DNA from: a virus
Lineage: Duplodnaviria > Caudoviricetes
Reading direction: 5' to 3' (one strand)
DNA length: 64,000 bases
Virus record (IMG/VR): IMGVR_UViG_638276471_000001
Coordinates: 3,189 to 67,188 of that record
Shown: piece after piece, positions 18,726 to 29,588 of the stretch
Layout of the letters: every line of letters starts with the position of its first letter
Numbering within the stretch: position 1 is the first letter of the stretch
The notes under the pieces: generated by a model
Seen by the model: only the letters and a program-made list of their open reading frames with translations
What the model was told of the DNA's origin: nothing
Database searches by the model: none
Position numbers and translations under genes: made by a program

Positions 18726-21700
18726 GTGACCACCGCCGGGAGCATCAACCTCGGCGTCGACATTGACGCCTCCGACCTGCGTGGTGAGCTGACCCGCGCG
18801 GTCCAGGAGGCCATGGGGCCGGTGCTCGCCGACCTGAACCGCGACATGCGGAACAGCCAGCGCCAGGCACAATCTGGCTACCGGGACACCGCACGCGCCG
18901 CCAACGACAGCGCGAACCAGCAGCGCCTGGCAGCTCAGCGCGTCCAGCGCGGCATCCATGGCATCACCGAGGAGCACCGCAGGGCCACGGCGGCGGCGAC
19001 CGCATTCGGCCTGGCGCAGGTGGCCTCCCTGCGCGACGGCACCCGTGCGATCAACGCGCAGGCGCGAGCATGGGACCGCCTGGCGGCGGCCAAGGCCCGC
19101 GCGGCGGCGGTGCCGAACCCCGATGCTCCCCGTGGCCCGCCACCCGGTACAGGCGGCGGCGGCGGCGGCGGCGGTCGCGCTGGCGGTGGACGTGCAGGCG
19201 GCGTCGGCGGATTCCTAACCAGCCCGCTAGGCCTCAACGCCATCGCCATCGGCGCGGCGGCGATCCCGCCCGCGCTCCAGGCCGGTTCCCTGGCGGCGGC
19301 CAACCTGCTCGGTGCCATTCAGCAGCTGACGCAGGCAGGCCTCGCTCTGCCCGGTGTGTTCGCCGGTATCGCCACATCGGTCGGTACGGCGGTGTTCGGC
19401 TTCAAAGGCCTCGGTGAGGCCGTTACGGCGCTGTGGGAGGCCGCCGCCAGCGGCGACCCCAAAGACCTGGAGAAGGCCGCCGAAGCGCTCAAGGACATGG
19501 CCCCGGCGGCGCAGGACGTGGCCAAGGCCGTGGCTGGTACGCGCGACCGGTTCGTGGACCTGCGCAAAGAGGTCCAGCAGAACATGTTCGAGGGCGTGGC
19601 TGGCGACTTCACCACTCTGGTCGACCGGCAGTTTCCGGCGGTGCAGGCCGGGCTGGCCAAGACCAGCAAGGCCTGGAACTCGACCATTCGGGAGCTACTG
19701 CGCGTCGGTGCCAGCGACAAGGTGACCGGGTTCCTGGACCGCATTTTCGGCAACACCGCCGAAGGCCAGAAGCGCGCCAACGCCGCCATCGAACCGCTGA
19801 TCAACGGCCTGGGCCGACTGGCCGCCGTCGGCAGCGATTTCCTGCCACGCCTTGGTGACGGCCTGGCCAAGCTGGCCAACCGGTTCGACGCCTTCATCAC
19901 CAAGGCCGAGCAGTCCGGTGATCTGGCCAAGTGGATTGACGAAGGCTTCCGGGCGGCGGCCAACTTTGGCGAGAGCCTGCTCAACATCGGCAAGATACTG
20001 ACCGACATCACCAAGGCCGCCGGTGGCGACGGCGGGTTCCTGAAATGGCTCCGTGACGCCACCACGCAGCTGCACGAGTTCCTGTCCAGCGACGAGGGCC
20101 AGGAGAAGCTGACCAACTTCTTCAACGAAGGCCGCCAGGCCATTGCGGAGTGGAAGCCGATCCTCCAGGACCTGATCAGCGTTGCTCGCCAGGTGTTCGA
20201 CGGGTTCCGGCAATGGGGCGAGTTCATGCTCCCGGTGCTGCGCACGGTGGCCGATCTGCTGGCCTCTATGCCCGACAGCGTGACGGCGGTGGTGACCGCC
20301 TTTCTGGCCTGGAAGACGCTGACCGGCGTCACCAGCCTGCTCACCAACCTCGGCGGCATCGGTCGCGGCCTGGACAGCCTGCCGGGCCGCGCGAACACCG
20401 CCGCCGGTGGTATCACCCGCGCGCTCAACAAGATCGCTGTCCCGGCCTTGCTGGCACCGCTGCTGACCGGGTACACCGACGGCCTGGTCGGCCCGGACCA
20501 GAGCGTGGCCTCCAACCTGGGCGGCGGCGCGCTCAACATCGCAGGCGGCGCACTGCTCGGTGCGCAGTTCGGGCCGTGGGGCGCGGCGTTGGGCGCGATG
20601 ATCGGCGCTGGCGTCACTCTGTTCCAGTCCACCAAGGAGCGGCTGGACAAGGCCAAGGCCGAGTGGGAGGCCCAGTGGGAGGAGGACCACAACGCTGGTC
20701 CCGACCGCCCCGGCTCGGCCGAGCAACAGCTCGCCGCATTCCCGGAGCTGCGCGGCACCCGCCTGCCGAGCCTGTACAACCCGGACGGCTCGCTCAAGCC
20801 GTCGCCGGGCCAGCAGTTCGCCGACGTGATCGGTTCCGGCAAGGTGCCCGGCGCGGTGATCAACCCCGACGGCACGGTCACCTACAACGGCGTGACCATC
20901 CCGAACTTCAAGGTGCCGCAGCCCGGCACGCCGACGCAGCAGCCGTACCCGCTGCGCACCGCTCCGGTGCAGGGTCCGCAGGCGGTGCCGCCGCCCAAAA
21001 TGCCGGTGCCTGCGGTGCCCGACATCGCGCCGAGCGACCTCGGCGGTCTGCTCGGTGCCAAGGAAGAGGTGCGCCAGCTCGCCACCGAAATCACCGAGCT
21101 GCCGGAAGGCGAGGTCCGTATCAAAGACCCGTCGCCGGAGCTGCTGGAAAACCTGAACAAGGTCGACGCCACCATCACCAAGGTCGGCGAAAACGAGATT
21201 CAGGTGAAGGCCGACACCAAGAAGGCCCAGGCCGAAGTCGACGCCTTCGTGCTCAAGTACAAGCAACAGCAAATCCAGCTCCAGATCAGCGCGCTACCGC
21301 CGGGGGCGGTGCCGCAGGGCCGCGCGTTCGGCGGTGCCATCTACGGCGGTGTGCCGGGCCGCGATAGCGTCCCGGCCATGCTCATGCCGGGCGAGCACGT
21401 CCTGACGACAGCGGACGTGGCGCGCATGGGCGGCCAGGCCAACGTCTACGCGTTCCGGCGCGCACTGCACTTCGCCGACGGCGGTGAGGTTCCAGGCCTG
21501 CCGACCATTCCAGGCGTCAGCGACGACAACACCGAGCTGGGCGTGCTGCGCCAGATTCGTGACCTGCTGGCAGGGAAGACCGGCACCGGGCCGCTGGTCG
21601 ATACGGCCAAGGCGGTCGGCAACATCGCGCAGGACACCACACAGGGCGGCAGCGGTAGCGCCACCGGGCCGTTCGGCACCCCCATCAAGCCGCGCCATCG

Positions 21701-24374
21701 TGGCTACGAGATGGCCGCCGCCGCGATCAGCGCGCTGGGCGGCGACCCCGAGAAGTTCCTCGGTGCCGACCCGGCCACGCTTCCGGTGTCCCAGGGCGGC
21801 ATCCTGCCCAACCCGGTCGCGCTCAGCGCCGGTGCAGCTGGAGGCGGCATCGACGTGGCGCAGCTCCAGAAGTTCGCGCGCACCGGCAACGTGGCCGACC
21901 TCCCGGCAGGCATGTCGCTCAACGACCCGGTGGTCACCGCCATCACCAGCGCGCGCAACAAGAAAAAGGGCATGGGTGCCGACGCCATCTCCGACCTGGT
22001 TGGCCAGGCGCTGGCACCGGGTGGCTTCACCGGCACGCTGGACGCGAACAACACCGCGCTGGTGAAGGCGCTGGAGAAGCTGCGCACCAAGGGCCTTCCG
22101 GCCACACCAGGCGGCGGCGGTTCGTCGGCCCTGGCGGCGTATGGCGGCCTCCCCGGTGGCCTTGGCGGCGGCCTGATGGACCCGGTCAGCGCCTACGCCG
22201 CCGCGCACAGCGGCGGCCAGTACCAATGGGGTGCCTCCGACCTTGCCGCTGGCCTGTCGGACTGCTCCGGTGCCATCAGCGACCTGGTGGAGCTCATCAC
22301 CAAGGGCCAGGCGACCGGCGAGCGGCTGTTCTCGACCGCCGACGCCGGGTCGGTGCTCAAGAGCCTCGGCGCGGTGGAAGGTGCGCTACCCGGAGCGCTC
22401 CAGATTGGGTGGGACGCCGGGCACATGCGCGCGACGCTGCCCAACGGTGTGCCGTTCGAGAGCGGCGGCGGTACCGGGCAGGGCGCGACCTACGGCGGCA
22501 ACGCGCGTGGCGCAGCTGGCATGCCCAACATCATGAGCCTGCCGGTCAACGGTGTGTACGGCGCGATCCCCGGCCTGGCGTCCGGCTCCACCGGCGGCAC
22601 GCCGGTGTTCGTCACCAACTGGCCGGGTGGCGGCCAGAACGGCATCGGCGGCCAGATGCTCGGCGGCCTGTTCAACGGCCTCGGCCAGGCCGGGCAGAAC
22701 GTCAGCGGTGACCTGCTGTCCGGCATCAGCGCGCTCTCGCCGAACATCGGCAACAAGGTGCCCAACGCCGAGCTGGCCAAGCTGGTGCGCGAAGGCAACC
22801 CGCTGGCGCTCCTGGCGGCGGCCGGGTTCAACGTGCCGGACTTCACCAAGCAAGGCGGCCAGGGCGGCGAGTTCGAGGCCAACACCTCGGCGTACGACTC
22901 CAGCGGTCGCCTGATCTCCAACACCTCGGCGCTGTCCGACCGCACCAGCACCTCGCTGGCCGCGCAGATCGAGGACATGAAGAAACAGCTGGTCTCCGTG
23001 GTGGACCAGGTGAGCGACAAGCTCAGCGAGGACGCGCTCAAGCCGATCATGGAGTCGGCCATCCAGGCGGGCCTGGAAGGCCTCAAGGATTCGGTGACCT
23101 CGGCCATCGGTACGCAGCTCGGCCAGGCCGCCGGGCCGCCGATTGCCGACGCGGTGCGCTCGGCCATTCCGTCGGGCAACGGCACCGGCAACGTCGGCGG
23201 CGATCTGGCCAACGCCGCCACCGGCGCGCTGGCAGCGGGGTTCGCCGCCGGTGGCCCGGTGTACGGCGGCACGCCTGGCCGCGACAGCGTGCCCGCCATG
23301 CTCATGCCTGGCGAGCACGTGCTGACCACCGCTGACGTGTCGCGCCTGGGCGGTCAGGCCGGGGTGTACGCGTTCCGGCGCGCCCTGGCGCGCGGCGGTG
23401 TGCGCGGGTTCGCCACCGGCGGCGGCGTCATCGCCAACGACACCGTCGGCGCGGAGTTCTTTGGTGTGTCGGAGGTGCCGATCCTCGGGGCCATCGTCAA
23501 CCTGCTGGTGCGCGTGTTGCTCAAGGTGCTCGGCGTCGAAATCGAGGCCCGCGACACCCTGATGGAAATGACCGACGACTTCCGGCAGTTCCGAGGTGAC
23601 TTCAAGGCGTTCGACGCCACGGGCCGGTTGATGAACGACACCAGCGCGCTGGTGGATCGGTCGAGCACCAGCGAGCAGGAGGCGGCGCAGGAGCGCATTC
23701 GCATCCTGAAAATCGTCATTGAAGCGCTCATCAAGTACATCATCGAGAAGGTCATCGTCCCGATTGCCAAGGCGGTGGCCAACGCCGCCATCCAGGCCGG
23801 TGCGAGCGCGGCGGGCGCGGCGATCAACAGCCAGGCACCGGGTGCCGGTGGCATTGTGTCCAGCCTCATCTCCAGCGCCGGGTCCGCAGGCGTGGACATC
23901 GCCGCCGAGATCGGTACCGACTTTGCGCTGGCCGTTGCCGGGACGCTGATCGACGTGCTGGGCGATTCGATCACCAGCTACGGCGGCGACCTGGCCACGG
24001 CGATCTTCGGCGGCGGCGCGATCCAGAGCCTTCTCATCGGGCCGCTGACCGCGATCACCGATCCCATCCTGTCGGCGTTCGGCACGGTGACCGGGCTGAT
24101 CAGCACCCTGTTCGGTGGCCTGCTCGGTGCGGCCAGCTTTGACGACGGCGGTATCGCCGTGGGCACCGGCATGATGCCCAAGGCCACCATCGCGCCGGAG
24201 CGCGTGCTCAACCCGACGCAGACGCATCTCTTTGACCGCATGGTGGCGGCATTGGAGCGCGGTGCCACCACCGGCGGTGACAAGCGTATTGAGGTCCATG
24301 CGCCGATTACAGTGAACGGCGGGCCAGAGGCTGGCAAGGACGTGCGCAGCCGCCTGCTGGAGCTAATCGACTAG
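18726..24374 (+). CDS. tape measure protein with NlpC/P60-like domain
   Basis: 1882 aa, Ala/Gly-rich; YQWG...DCSG...GHM; duplicated GRDSVPAMLMPGEHVLT. Confidence 0.93.
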   Translation: MTTAGSINLGVDIDASDLRGELTRAVQEAMGPVLADLNRDMRNSQRQAQSGYRDTARAANDSANQQRLAAQRVQRGIHGITEEHRRATAAATAFGLAQVASLRDGTRAINAQARAWDRLAAAKARAAAVPNPDAPRGPPPGTGGGGGGGGRAGGGRAGGVGGFLTSPLGLNAIAIGAAAIPPALQAGSLAAANLLGAIQQLTQAGLALPGVFAGIATSVGTAVFGFKGLGEAVTALWEAAASGDPKDLEKAAEALKDMAPAAQDVAKAVAGTRDRFVDLRKEVQQNMFEGVAGDFTTLVDRQFPAVQAGLAKTSKAWNSTIRELLRVGASDKVTGFLDRIFGNTAEGQKRANAAIEPLINGLGRLAAVGSDFLPRLGDGLAKLANRFDAFITKAEQSGDLAKWIDEGFRAAANFGESLLNIGKILTDITKAAGGDGGFLKWLRDATTQLHEFLSSDEGQEKLTNFFNEGRQAIAEWKPILQDLISVARQVFDGFRQWGEFMLPVLRTVADLLASMPDSVTAVVTAFLAWKTLTGVTSLLTNLGGIGRGLDSLPGRANTAAGGITRALNKIAVPALLAPLLTGYTDGLVGPDQSVASNLGGGALNIAGGALLGAQFGPWGAALGAMIGAGVTLFQSTKERLDKAKAEWEAQWEEDHNAGPDRPGSAEQQLAAFPELRGTRLPSLYNPDGSLKPSPGQQFADVIGSGKVPGAVINPDGTVTYNGVTIPNFKVPQPGTPTQQPYPLRTAPVQGPQAVPPPKMPVPAVPDIAPSDLGGLLGAKEEVRQLATEITELPEGEVRIKDPSPELLENLNKVDATITKVGENEIQVKADTKKAQAEVDAFVLKYKQQQIQLQISALPPGAVPQGRAFGGAIYGGVPGRDSVPAMLMPGEHVLTTADVARMGGQANVYAFRRALHFADGGEVPGLPTIPGVSDDNTELGVLRQIRDLLAGKTGTGPLVDTAKAVGNIAQDTTQGGSGSATGPFGTPIKPRHRGYEMAAAAISALGGDPEKFLGADPATLPVSQGGILPNPVALSAGAAGGGIDVAQLQKFARTGNVADLPAGMSLNDPVVTAITSARNKKKGMGADAISDLVGQALAPGGFTGTLDANNTALVKALEKLRTKGLPATPGGGGSSALAAYGGLPGGLGGGLMDPVSAYAAAHSGGQYQWGASDLAAGLSDCSGAISDLVELITKGQATGERLFSTADAGSVLKSLGAVEGALPGALQIGWDAGHMRATLPNGVPFESGGGTGQGATYGGNARGAAGMPNIMSLPVNGVYGAIPGLASGSTGGTPVFVTNWPGGGQNGIGGQMLGGLFNGLGQAGQNVSGDLLSGISALSPNIGNKVPNAELAKLVREGNPLALLAAAGFNVPDFTKQGGQGGEFEANTSAYDSSGRLISNTSALSDRTSTSLAAQIEDMKKQLVSVVDQVSDKLSEDALKPIMESAIQAGLEGLKDSVTSAIGTQLGQAAGPPIADAVRSAIPSGNGTGNVGGDLANAATGALAAGFAAGGPVYGGTPGRDSVPAMLMPGEHVLTTADVSRLGGQAGVYAFRRALARGGVRGFATGGGVIANDTVGAEFFGVSEVPILGAIVNLLVRVLLKVLGVEIEARDTLMEMTDDFRQFRGDFKAFDATGRLMNDTSALVDRSSTSEQEAAQERIRILKIVIEALIKYIIEKVIVPIAKAVANAAIQAGASAAGAAINSQAPGAGGIVSSLISSAGSAGVDIAAEIGTDFALAVAGTLIDVLGDSITSYGGDLATAIFGGGAIQSLLIGPLTAITDPILSAFGTVTGLISTLFGGLLGAASFDDGGIAVGTGMMPKATIAPERVLNPTQTHLFDRMVAALERGATTGGDKRIEVHAPITVNGGPEAGKDVRSRLLELID
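21342..23386 (+). repeat. two-copy ~125-bp in-frame repeat in tape measure (21342-21468; 23262-23386)
   Basis: YGGVPGRDSVPAMLMPGEHVLTTADVARMGGQANVYAFRRAL vs YGGTPGRDSVPAMLMPGEHVLTTADVSRLGGQAGVYAFRRAL. Confidence 0.9.
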
Positions 24375-24382
24375 GAGGCCCG

Positions 24383-25819
24383 GTGGCGTTTCGCGGGTGG
24401 TTTGCCCTCAACGGGGTGGAGCTTGCCAACAGCTCACGCGTGGTGGCGCACCTCGGTGTCGAGGTGCCCACGAGCGACCTTGGTGTGTTCACCGACCCGT
24501 CCGGTGATTGCGGCCTGGTGGAAAGCGAATACGGCCCGGGCACCTTTGAACTCGCGCCGTCGATGACGCAGGTGTCGCCCGGGCTGTACACCCCGCCCGA
24601 CGGTGCGCGGCGGTTCGGTCCTGGCCTGCTCCTGGTGGGCGACTCCTGCTGGGCACCGAGCGCGCTGTGCACGCAGGAGTGCCGGTCGCTGCTCGGCTAC
24701 GACGACAGTTGGCCCGGCCTGCGCGAGTTCCTGGGCGACACCATCTACCGCCCGGAGCTGGCACCGTGGTACGTCGCCGAACAGCCCGAGAGTGCGGAGT
24801 TCGGCGGCGTCTGGGTGATGCAGGTCGATGGCCTGGACGTGACACCGGCAGAGCGCGAGATCATGCCGGTGGTCGGCCCCGGCGGTGTGGCCGGGCCGCC
24901 GCGCGACCCGCACCGGGTGGTGCGGTTCGAGGCCTTGCTGGTGGCCTGTACGCACGCAGGCCTCAACTACGGCCTGCAATGGCTGGCGTGCAACCTGCGC
25001 GAGGCGCACGTGGACAGCACCGCCAGCCTGCGCTACCTGGCCGCCCACCCGGAGCACAGCGCGGTGGACCCGGCCAGCCTGGTGCGCGAGGCCGCTGGCG
25101 TGGTGCTCACGCAGGAGCCGCGCATCATGAACGAGTACGCGCCGGGGTCCAAGCGCAACCAGCAGGCCACCGTCTACCGGGTGTCCTGGGAGCTGGCCAT
25201 CCTCTCGCCGTACGCGTACGTGCCGCCGGTTGACCTGGTGGTCGACTGGCATGACATTGTGCGCCAGCCCATCAACTGGATCCACGCCGCCGACTGCGCC
25301 AAACCTGAGACCTGCGTGGACATGCCGGTCATGTACTCCACCGAGTGCGAGCCGGAAGAAATCGCGGTCACCAACACCCCGCCACCGGTGTGCGGCGGCT
25401 GCCTGCCGGTCGGGGAAATCAGCAAGTACCTGTTCCAGGTGCCGACGATGGACTACCCGTTCCGGTGCCGCGAGACGGCGGTGACGCAGGTGATTCGCAA
25501 CGTCGGCGAACACTCCCTGTCGCTCCAGGCTTTCTGGCGCGTCTGCGGCACCGACGTGCGGTGCGAGGACAACCGGTTCCCGCTCCAGGTCAGCGGCATG
25601 CCACCCGGTTCCGAGCTGGTGCTCGACGGTGTGACCGGGCGGTACAAAATGTGGTACGACGAGCGCTGGCGTCTCCCGGTCGGCATAGTGGGAACACCGA
25701 ACGGCGCGCCGTGGCGACCGCCGCTGATCGACCGGACGACGTGTTGGGAGTTCGTGGTGCAGACTGCCACAACCTCCGACTTCGAGGTGGAGCTGAGCCT
25801 GCGCGACCGGGAGGCCTAG
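24383..25819 (+). CDS. minor tail protein (Dit-like)
   Basis: AGGAGG RBS; first gene after tape measure; Cys-rich. Confidence 0.8.
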   Translation: MAFRGWFALNGVELANSSRVVAHLGVEVPTSDLGVFTDPSGDCGLVESEYGPGTFELAPSMTQVSPGLYTPPDGARRFGPGLLLVGDSCWAPSALCTQECRSLLGYDDSWPGLREFLGDTIYRPELAPWYVAEQPESAEFGGVWVMQVDGLDVTPAEREIMPVVGPGGVAGPPRDPHRVVRFEALLVACTHAGLNYGLQWLACNLREAHVDSTASLRYLAAHPEHSAVDPASLVREAAGVVLTQEPRIMNEYAPGSKRNQQATVYRVSWELAILSPYAYVPPVDLVVDWHDIVRQPINWIHAADCAKPETCVDMPVMYSTECEPEEIAVTNTPPPVCGGCLPVGEISKYLFQVPTMDYPFRCRETAVTQVIRNVGEHSLSLQAFWRVCGTDVRCEDNRFPLQVSGMPPGSELVLDGVTGRYKMWYDERWRLPVGIVGTPNGAPWRPPLIDRTTCWEFVVQTATTSDFEVELSLRDREA

Positions 25820-25821
25820 CT

Positions 25822-26871
25822 GTGATCGTCAGCGATCAGCAGATCGTCAGCATTTCCACCCACCGGGGTGTGCAGCTGAACCAGTTCCTGCCCACCGAGC
25901 AGATGAGCCTGGCCTGGAGCCGTGAGCTGCGCCAGACCAGCACGTGCGAGCTGGTGGTGCCGACGCAGTTCGCCGCGCAGCAGTTCCCGAACCTTCAGCC
26001 GTGGACGCAGTGGGTCTCGGTGTGGGACGGCAACGGCCAGGACATGCTGTGGCGCGGCCCCATTCAAGGCATCACCGCCGACCGCCGACAGCTCACCATC
26101 ACCAGCTCCGACCCGAGTGCCTACTACCGCAAGACGCGCACGCCGCTGACCAAGCGCTGGGAGGCGGTGGACCTGTCCGTCCCCGCTGAGGCGTTGTGGC
26201 ACCAGATGGCCGAGGACAAGGCCATCAACGTCGACCCCATCGTGCGCCCGGACCCGCTGGGCGACCGGTTCGACATCGACCTGGTGCGCGACCAGCAGCT
26301 GGTGGAACAGGACTTCAATGACCTGGTGCAGAAAGGCCTGCGCTGGTCGGTGGTTGCCGGTGTGCCGATTCTGGGGCCGCTGCCTTACAAGGCGGTGGCC
26401 GCACTCGGCGAAGACGACTTCCTAGGCAGCGGCGTGCAGCTGCACCGCGATGGGAGCCAAACCGCCAACGACGTGCTCCTGCGCGCGGCCGACCAGACCG
26501 CGCGTGCGCGCGTCAACGTCGTGGGCCAGAACCTCCAGACCATCGTCAACGCCGACAGCATTTTCGGCGTGTCCAACGCCGAGAAGGCGGTGCGTCAGTA
26601 CGTGCGGTACACCGGCACCTACCGGGACACCCTGGTGGTGCCAGAGGATACCCAGCTGCACCCCAACGCGCCGGTCACCATCGCGCAGCTCATGCCTTCA
26701 GCCCGGTTCCACGTCGAGGCATATGGTTTGCTCTCGCTTATGGAGCTGCGCAGCGTGAAGGTGTCGGTCACCTCCGGTGCCACCACCGTGGCGGTGTCGA
26801 TGGACAGCGTGAACGATGACCTGCCCGAGCTGGCCGAGCTACAGCAGAAGACACCGGGGGCGATCCTGTGA
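25822..26871 (+). CDS. minor tail protein (hub-like)
   Basis: LAWSRELRQTS, LWRGPI; synteny. Confidence 0.78.
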   Translation: MIVSDQQIVSISTHRGVQLNQFLPTEQMSLAWSRELRQTSTCELVVPTQFAAQQFPNLQPWTQWVSVWDGNGQDMLWRGPIQGITADRRQLTITSSDPSAYYRKTRTPLTKRWEAVDLSVPAEALWHQMAEDKAINVDPIVRPDPLGDRFDIDLVRDQQLVEQDFNDLVQKGLRWSVVAGVPILGPLPYKAVAALGEDDFLGSGVQLHRDGSQTANDVLLRAADQTARARVNVVGQNLQTIVNADSIFGVSNAEKAVRQYVRYTGTYRDTLVVPEDTQLHPNAPVTIAQLMPSARFHVEAYGLLSLMELRSVKVSVTSGATTVAVSMDSVNDDLPELAELQQKTPGAIL

Positions 26872-29588
26872 GCCTGGTACCGGCCTCCCGGCCACTCACC
26901 GACGCCGAATGGGCCCGCAGTGTGGAGCAACGCCTGCGCGAGCTACAGGCACCGCGCAGTGTGCGCGTCGGCCAGTGGGCGATCAACGCCGTCGGCGGCG
27001 AGCTGGTGGCCACCAAACCCGGCGAGTCCATGGTGATCGGGGAGGCGGCCCCCGAACCCACCAAGGTGGCGCTCACACGTGGCTACGTCAAGCCAGAGGA
27101 CCTGAGCGGCGCTATCGGCTACGACGACGAGGTCGGGGCACCGGCCACGTCGTTTGACGAGATCAAAGCCTGGTTGCAGGACAAGTTTTACGGCGTGGTG
27201 GACCCCACGCGCATCCCGGCGCTGCCGTGGCAGCACCTGTTCGACGGCGGCGTGGAGCTGCTGACCGACCCCTCGTTCGCTCAGCCTGGCACGCTCGGCT
27301 ACGACCCGAGCGTGGGGCGGCTGGCGCTGGGGTCGGTGAAGTTCACCGCCGACGGCTCCGACCAGTCGCGGGTGTCGAACCTGATCGAGGTGGTGCCGGG
27401 CGAGAAGATCGCCGCCCGCGTGTGGGCGTTCTTCGAGGGAGTGACCGCGACGGCGGGCCAGAACGGCATCCGGCTCCAGGTGCGGGCATACCACCTGGAA
27501 GGCGACACGCTCACGCCGGTGGGCACGCCAACGATGCTGGCGGGCATCGCATCGCCGTCCGGGGAGTCCGATGACCACCCCGACGAGGTGGACGGGTGGG
27601 TGCTGCTGTCCGGCACCTACACCGTGCCGTCGGGCACCAACCGGATCGTGCTCGAGCCGATGGTCACCAGCGCGGTGACGGCAGGCGATGTGTGGTTTGA
27701 CGACGGCTCGGCGAAGAAGACACCGACCGGCATGCCGCAGGCGTGGACCTTGGACCTGCCCGACGACCTGGACTCGCTGTGGAACGGCGTGGTCGGCACC
27801 GTTGAGACGCTGATGGCGCAGCTGGGCCTGACGCCGACCGGTGAGTTCTGGGACGACCTGTTCGACCTGTCGGACGAAATTGCGTGGATCCAGGAACGTG
27901 CCGCCGAGGGCTGGCAGGACGCCGCGCAGGCGCTGGAGGACCTTGGCGACCTGGCGCACAACCTGCTCACCAACCCGGCGGCGGTGCTGGGCCAGATCGG
28001 GCAAGGCCTCGTAGAGGGCCTGGAAGACGACCTGGCCGACGCCGGTGACGCCATTGCCGATGTGTTCGACGGCCTCCGGGACACCTGGAACCGCATCGTC
28101 GGCGGCTACCGCCGTACCTCGGTGACCGGGCAGACCAGCCAGGACGTTGAGGAAATCATGGTGTCGGTCGGCCAGGAAATTCTGGTCGCGCAGGAGTCCA
28201 CCATCACGCTCGCCAACCAGGCCAACGCGCCCAAGAACGTGGCGTACTGGGAGACGCCGAACCCGTTCGAGGACGTGTCATTTCCGCGCGCGCTGCTGGT
28301 GCCGGAACTGTCGTACAACGTCAGCGGCACCACGGCGCGCGCCAACCTCGGTACGCTGCCCGCGAACTGGACCGCCAGCGTCGCCGACGACGTTGAGGTG
28401 CATACGCACAACATCACCAGCCTGACGCTGACGCCGGTGACCTCCCGTCCGCGCTACACCATCGCCGCCGGGACGCTGGCACTGTCGGCGGTGCGCATTA
28501 AGCAGGACCGGCTGATCAACATCGCCCGGTTCATCGCCGGTGGCGACACACCGCCGCCGACGGCCCTGTACGTCGGCCTGTACGCCACCGACCCCGAGAC
28601 CGGGAACATGGCGCTGGTCCACAACTTCGGCGACATGAAGGGCGACATTGCCACCGGGTCGGGCCTGTATGAGACGCCGTGCGAGCTGCCCGCCGACGTG
28701 CTGGTGGACGCGGGCACGTTGTTCGCGGTCGGCATTCTGCCGGTCGGCGGCTCGTTCTCCGTGGCCGCAATCCGACGCCAGCCGATCACCACCTCCGCGC
28801 TGATCTACCCCCAGGCCGCCACCGAACTGCTGACCGGGCAGTCCACGTTGCCGTCCACGATCACCGAGTCGGCGTTGACGCACACGGCGACGCACCGCGT
28901 CTGGGTGAGCGTTGGCCAGGCGGTGGAGTCCACACCGGAGGACGTGAGCCCGGTGACGTTGAGCATGAACTTCGACGTGTCGAACACGAACAACTGGTCC
29001 TCGCCGTCGTTCCAGCAGATCGGCACGTCCGGGAGCCGGTTCGGTATCGACAGCGGCGCGATCTACTGCGCGTCGGACCTGTTGGCGATCGGCGAAGAGG
29101 TGCATTGGCGCTCTGCGCTGTGCCTGACGCCGGTGCACACCAACGACCATTCGGCGACGATCACGCTGGACACCCAGTTCAACGCCAACACCTACGGGTA
29201 CACGACGACGCGTGCCTATGTGCGGTGCAACAGCAGCGGCACCTCGGGCGTGGCGATGCACCTGGACTCGAACTCGGCGGGCAACCTGCGTATCCGCATC
29301 GCCAACATCACGAATATGACCTCACTCGGCACCGTCCGGGCCACCGCCACCACAACGTTCGCGCCGGGCGATGACCTGGAGATTCGGGCGGTCGGCTCGC
29401 TGTACAAGGTGTACAAGAACGGTGTCGCCGTACCCGGTGCGGAGTGGGACGACACCACCGAGATCGTGCCGGTCGGCAAGGCCTGGCGGCGGCATGGCTA
29501 CGGCCTCGGCAACCGCAACGTCTCCGCGTTCACGACGTACCGCACGGCCTACATCGACCGGTACGTCGCGGCCGACCTGGTGGCGTGA
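26868..29588 (+). CDS. minor tail protein with carbohydrate-binding-like domains
   Basis: 906 aa; LLTDPSF...VWFDD CBM-like segment; beta-rich C-terminus. Confidence 0.8.
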   Translation: MSLVPASRPLTDAEWARSVEQRLRELQAPRSVRVGQWAINAVGGELVATKPGESMVIGEAAPEPTKVALTRGYVKPEDLSGAIGYDDEVGAPATSFDEIKAWLQDKFYGVVDPTRIPALPWQHLFDGGVELLTDPSFAQPGTLGYDPSVGRLALGSVKFTADGSDQSRVSNLIEVVPGEKIAARVWAFFEGVTATAGQNGIRLQVRAYHLEGDTLTPVGTPTMLAGIASPSGESDDHPDEVDGWVLLSGTYTVPSGTNRIVLEPMVTSAVTAGDVWFDDGSAKKTPTGMPQAWTLDLPDDLDSLWNGVVGTVETLMAQLGLTPTGEFWDDLFDLSDEIAWIQERAAEGWQDAAQALEDLGDLAHNLLTNPAAVLGQIGQGLVEGLEDDLADAGDAIADVFDGLRDTWNRIVGGYRRTSVTGQTSQDVEEIMVSVGQEILVAQESTITLANQANAPKNVAYWETPNPFEDVSFPRALLVPELSYNVSGTTARANLGTLPANWTASVADDVEVHTHNITSLTLTPVTSRPRYTIAAGTLALSAVRIKQDRLINIARFIAGGDTPPPTALYVGLYATDPETGNMALVHNFGDMKGDIATGSGLYETPCELPADVLVDAGTLFAVGILPVGGSFSVAAIRRQPITTSALIYPQAATELLTGQSTLPSTITESALTHTATHRVWVSVGQAVESTPEDVSPVTLSMNFDVSNTNNWSSPSFQQIGTSGSRFGIDSGAIYCASDLLAIGEEVHWRSALCLTPVHTNDHSATITLDTQFNANTYGYTTTRAYVRCNSSGTSGVAMHLDSNSAGNLRIRIANITNMTSLGTVRATATTTFAPGDDLEIRAVGSLYKVYKNGVAVPGAEWDDTTEIVPVGKAWRRHGYGLGNRNVSAFTTYRTAYIDRYVAADLVA

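Noticed and set aside
19150-19210. (GGC)n run in tape measure as a contingency locus
   Set aside because: In-frame poly-Gly linker; triplet slippage would not shift the frame
7239-24299. Long antisense ORFs (e.g. 7239-8915, 9289-10986, 22386-24299)
   Set aside because: Shadow frames of GC3-rich genes; no motifs or RBS
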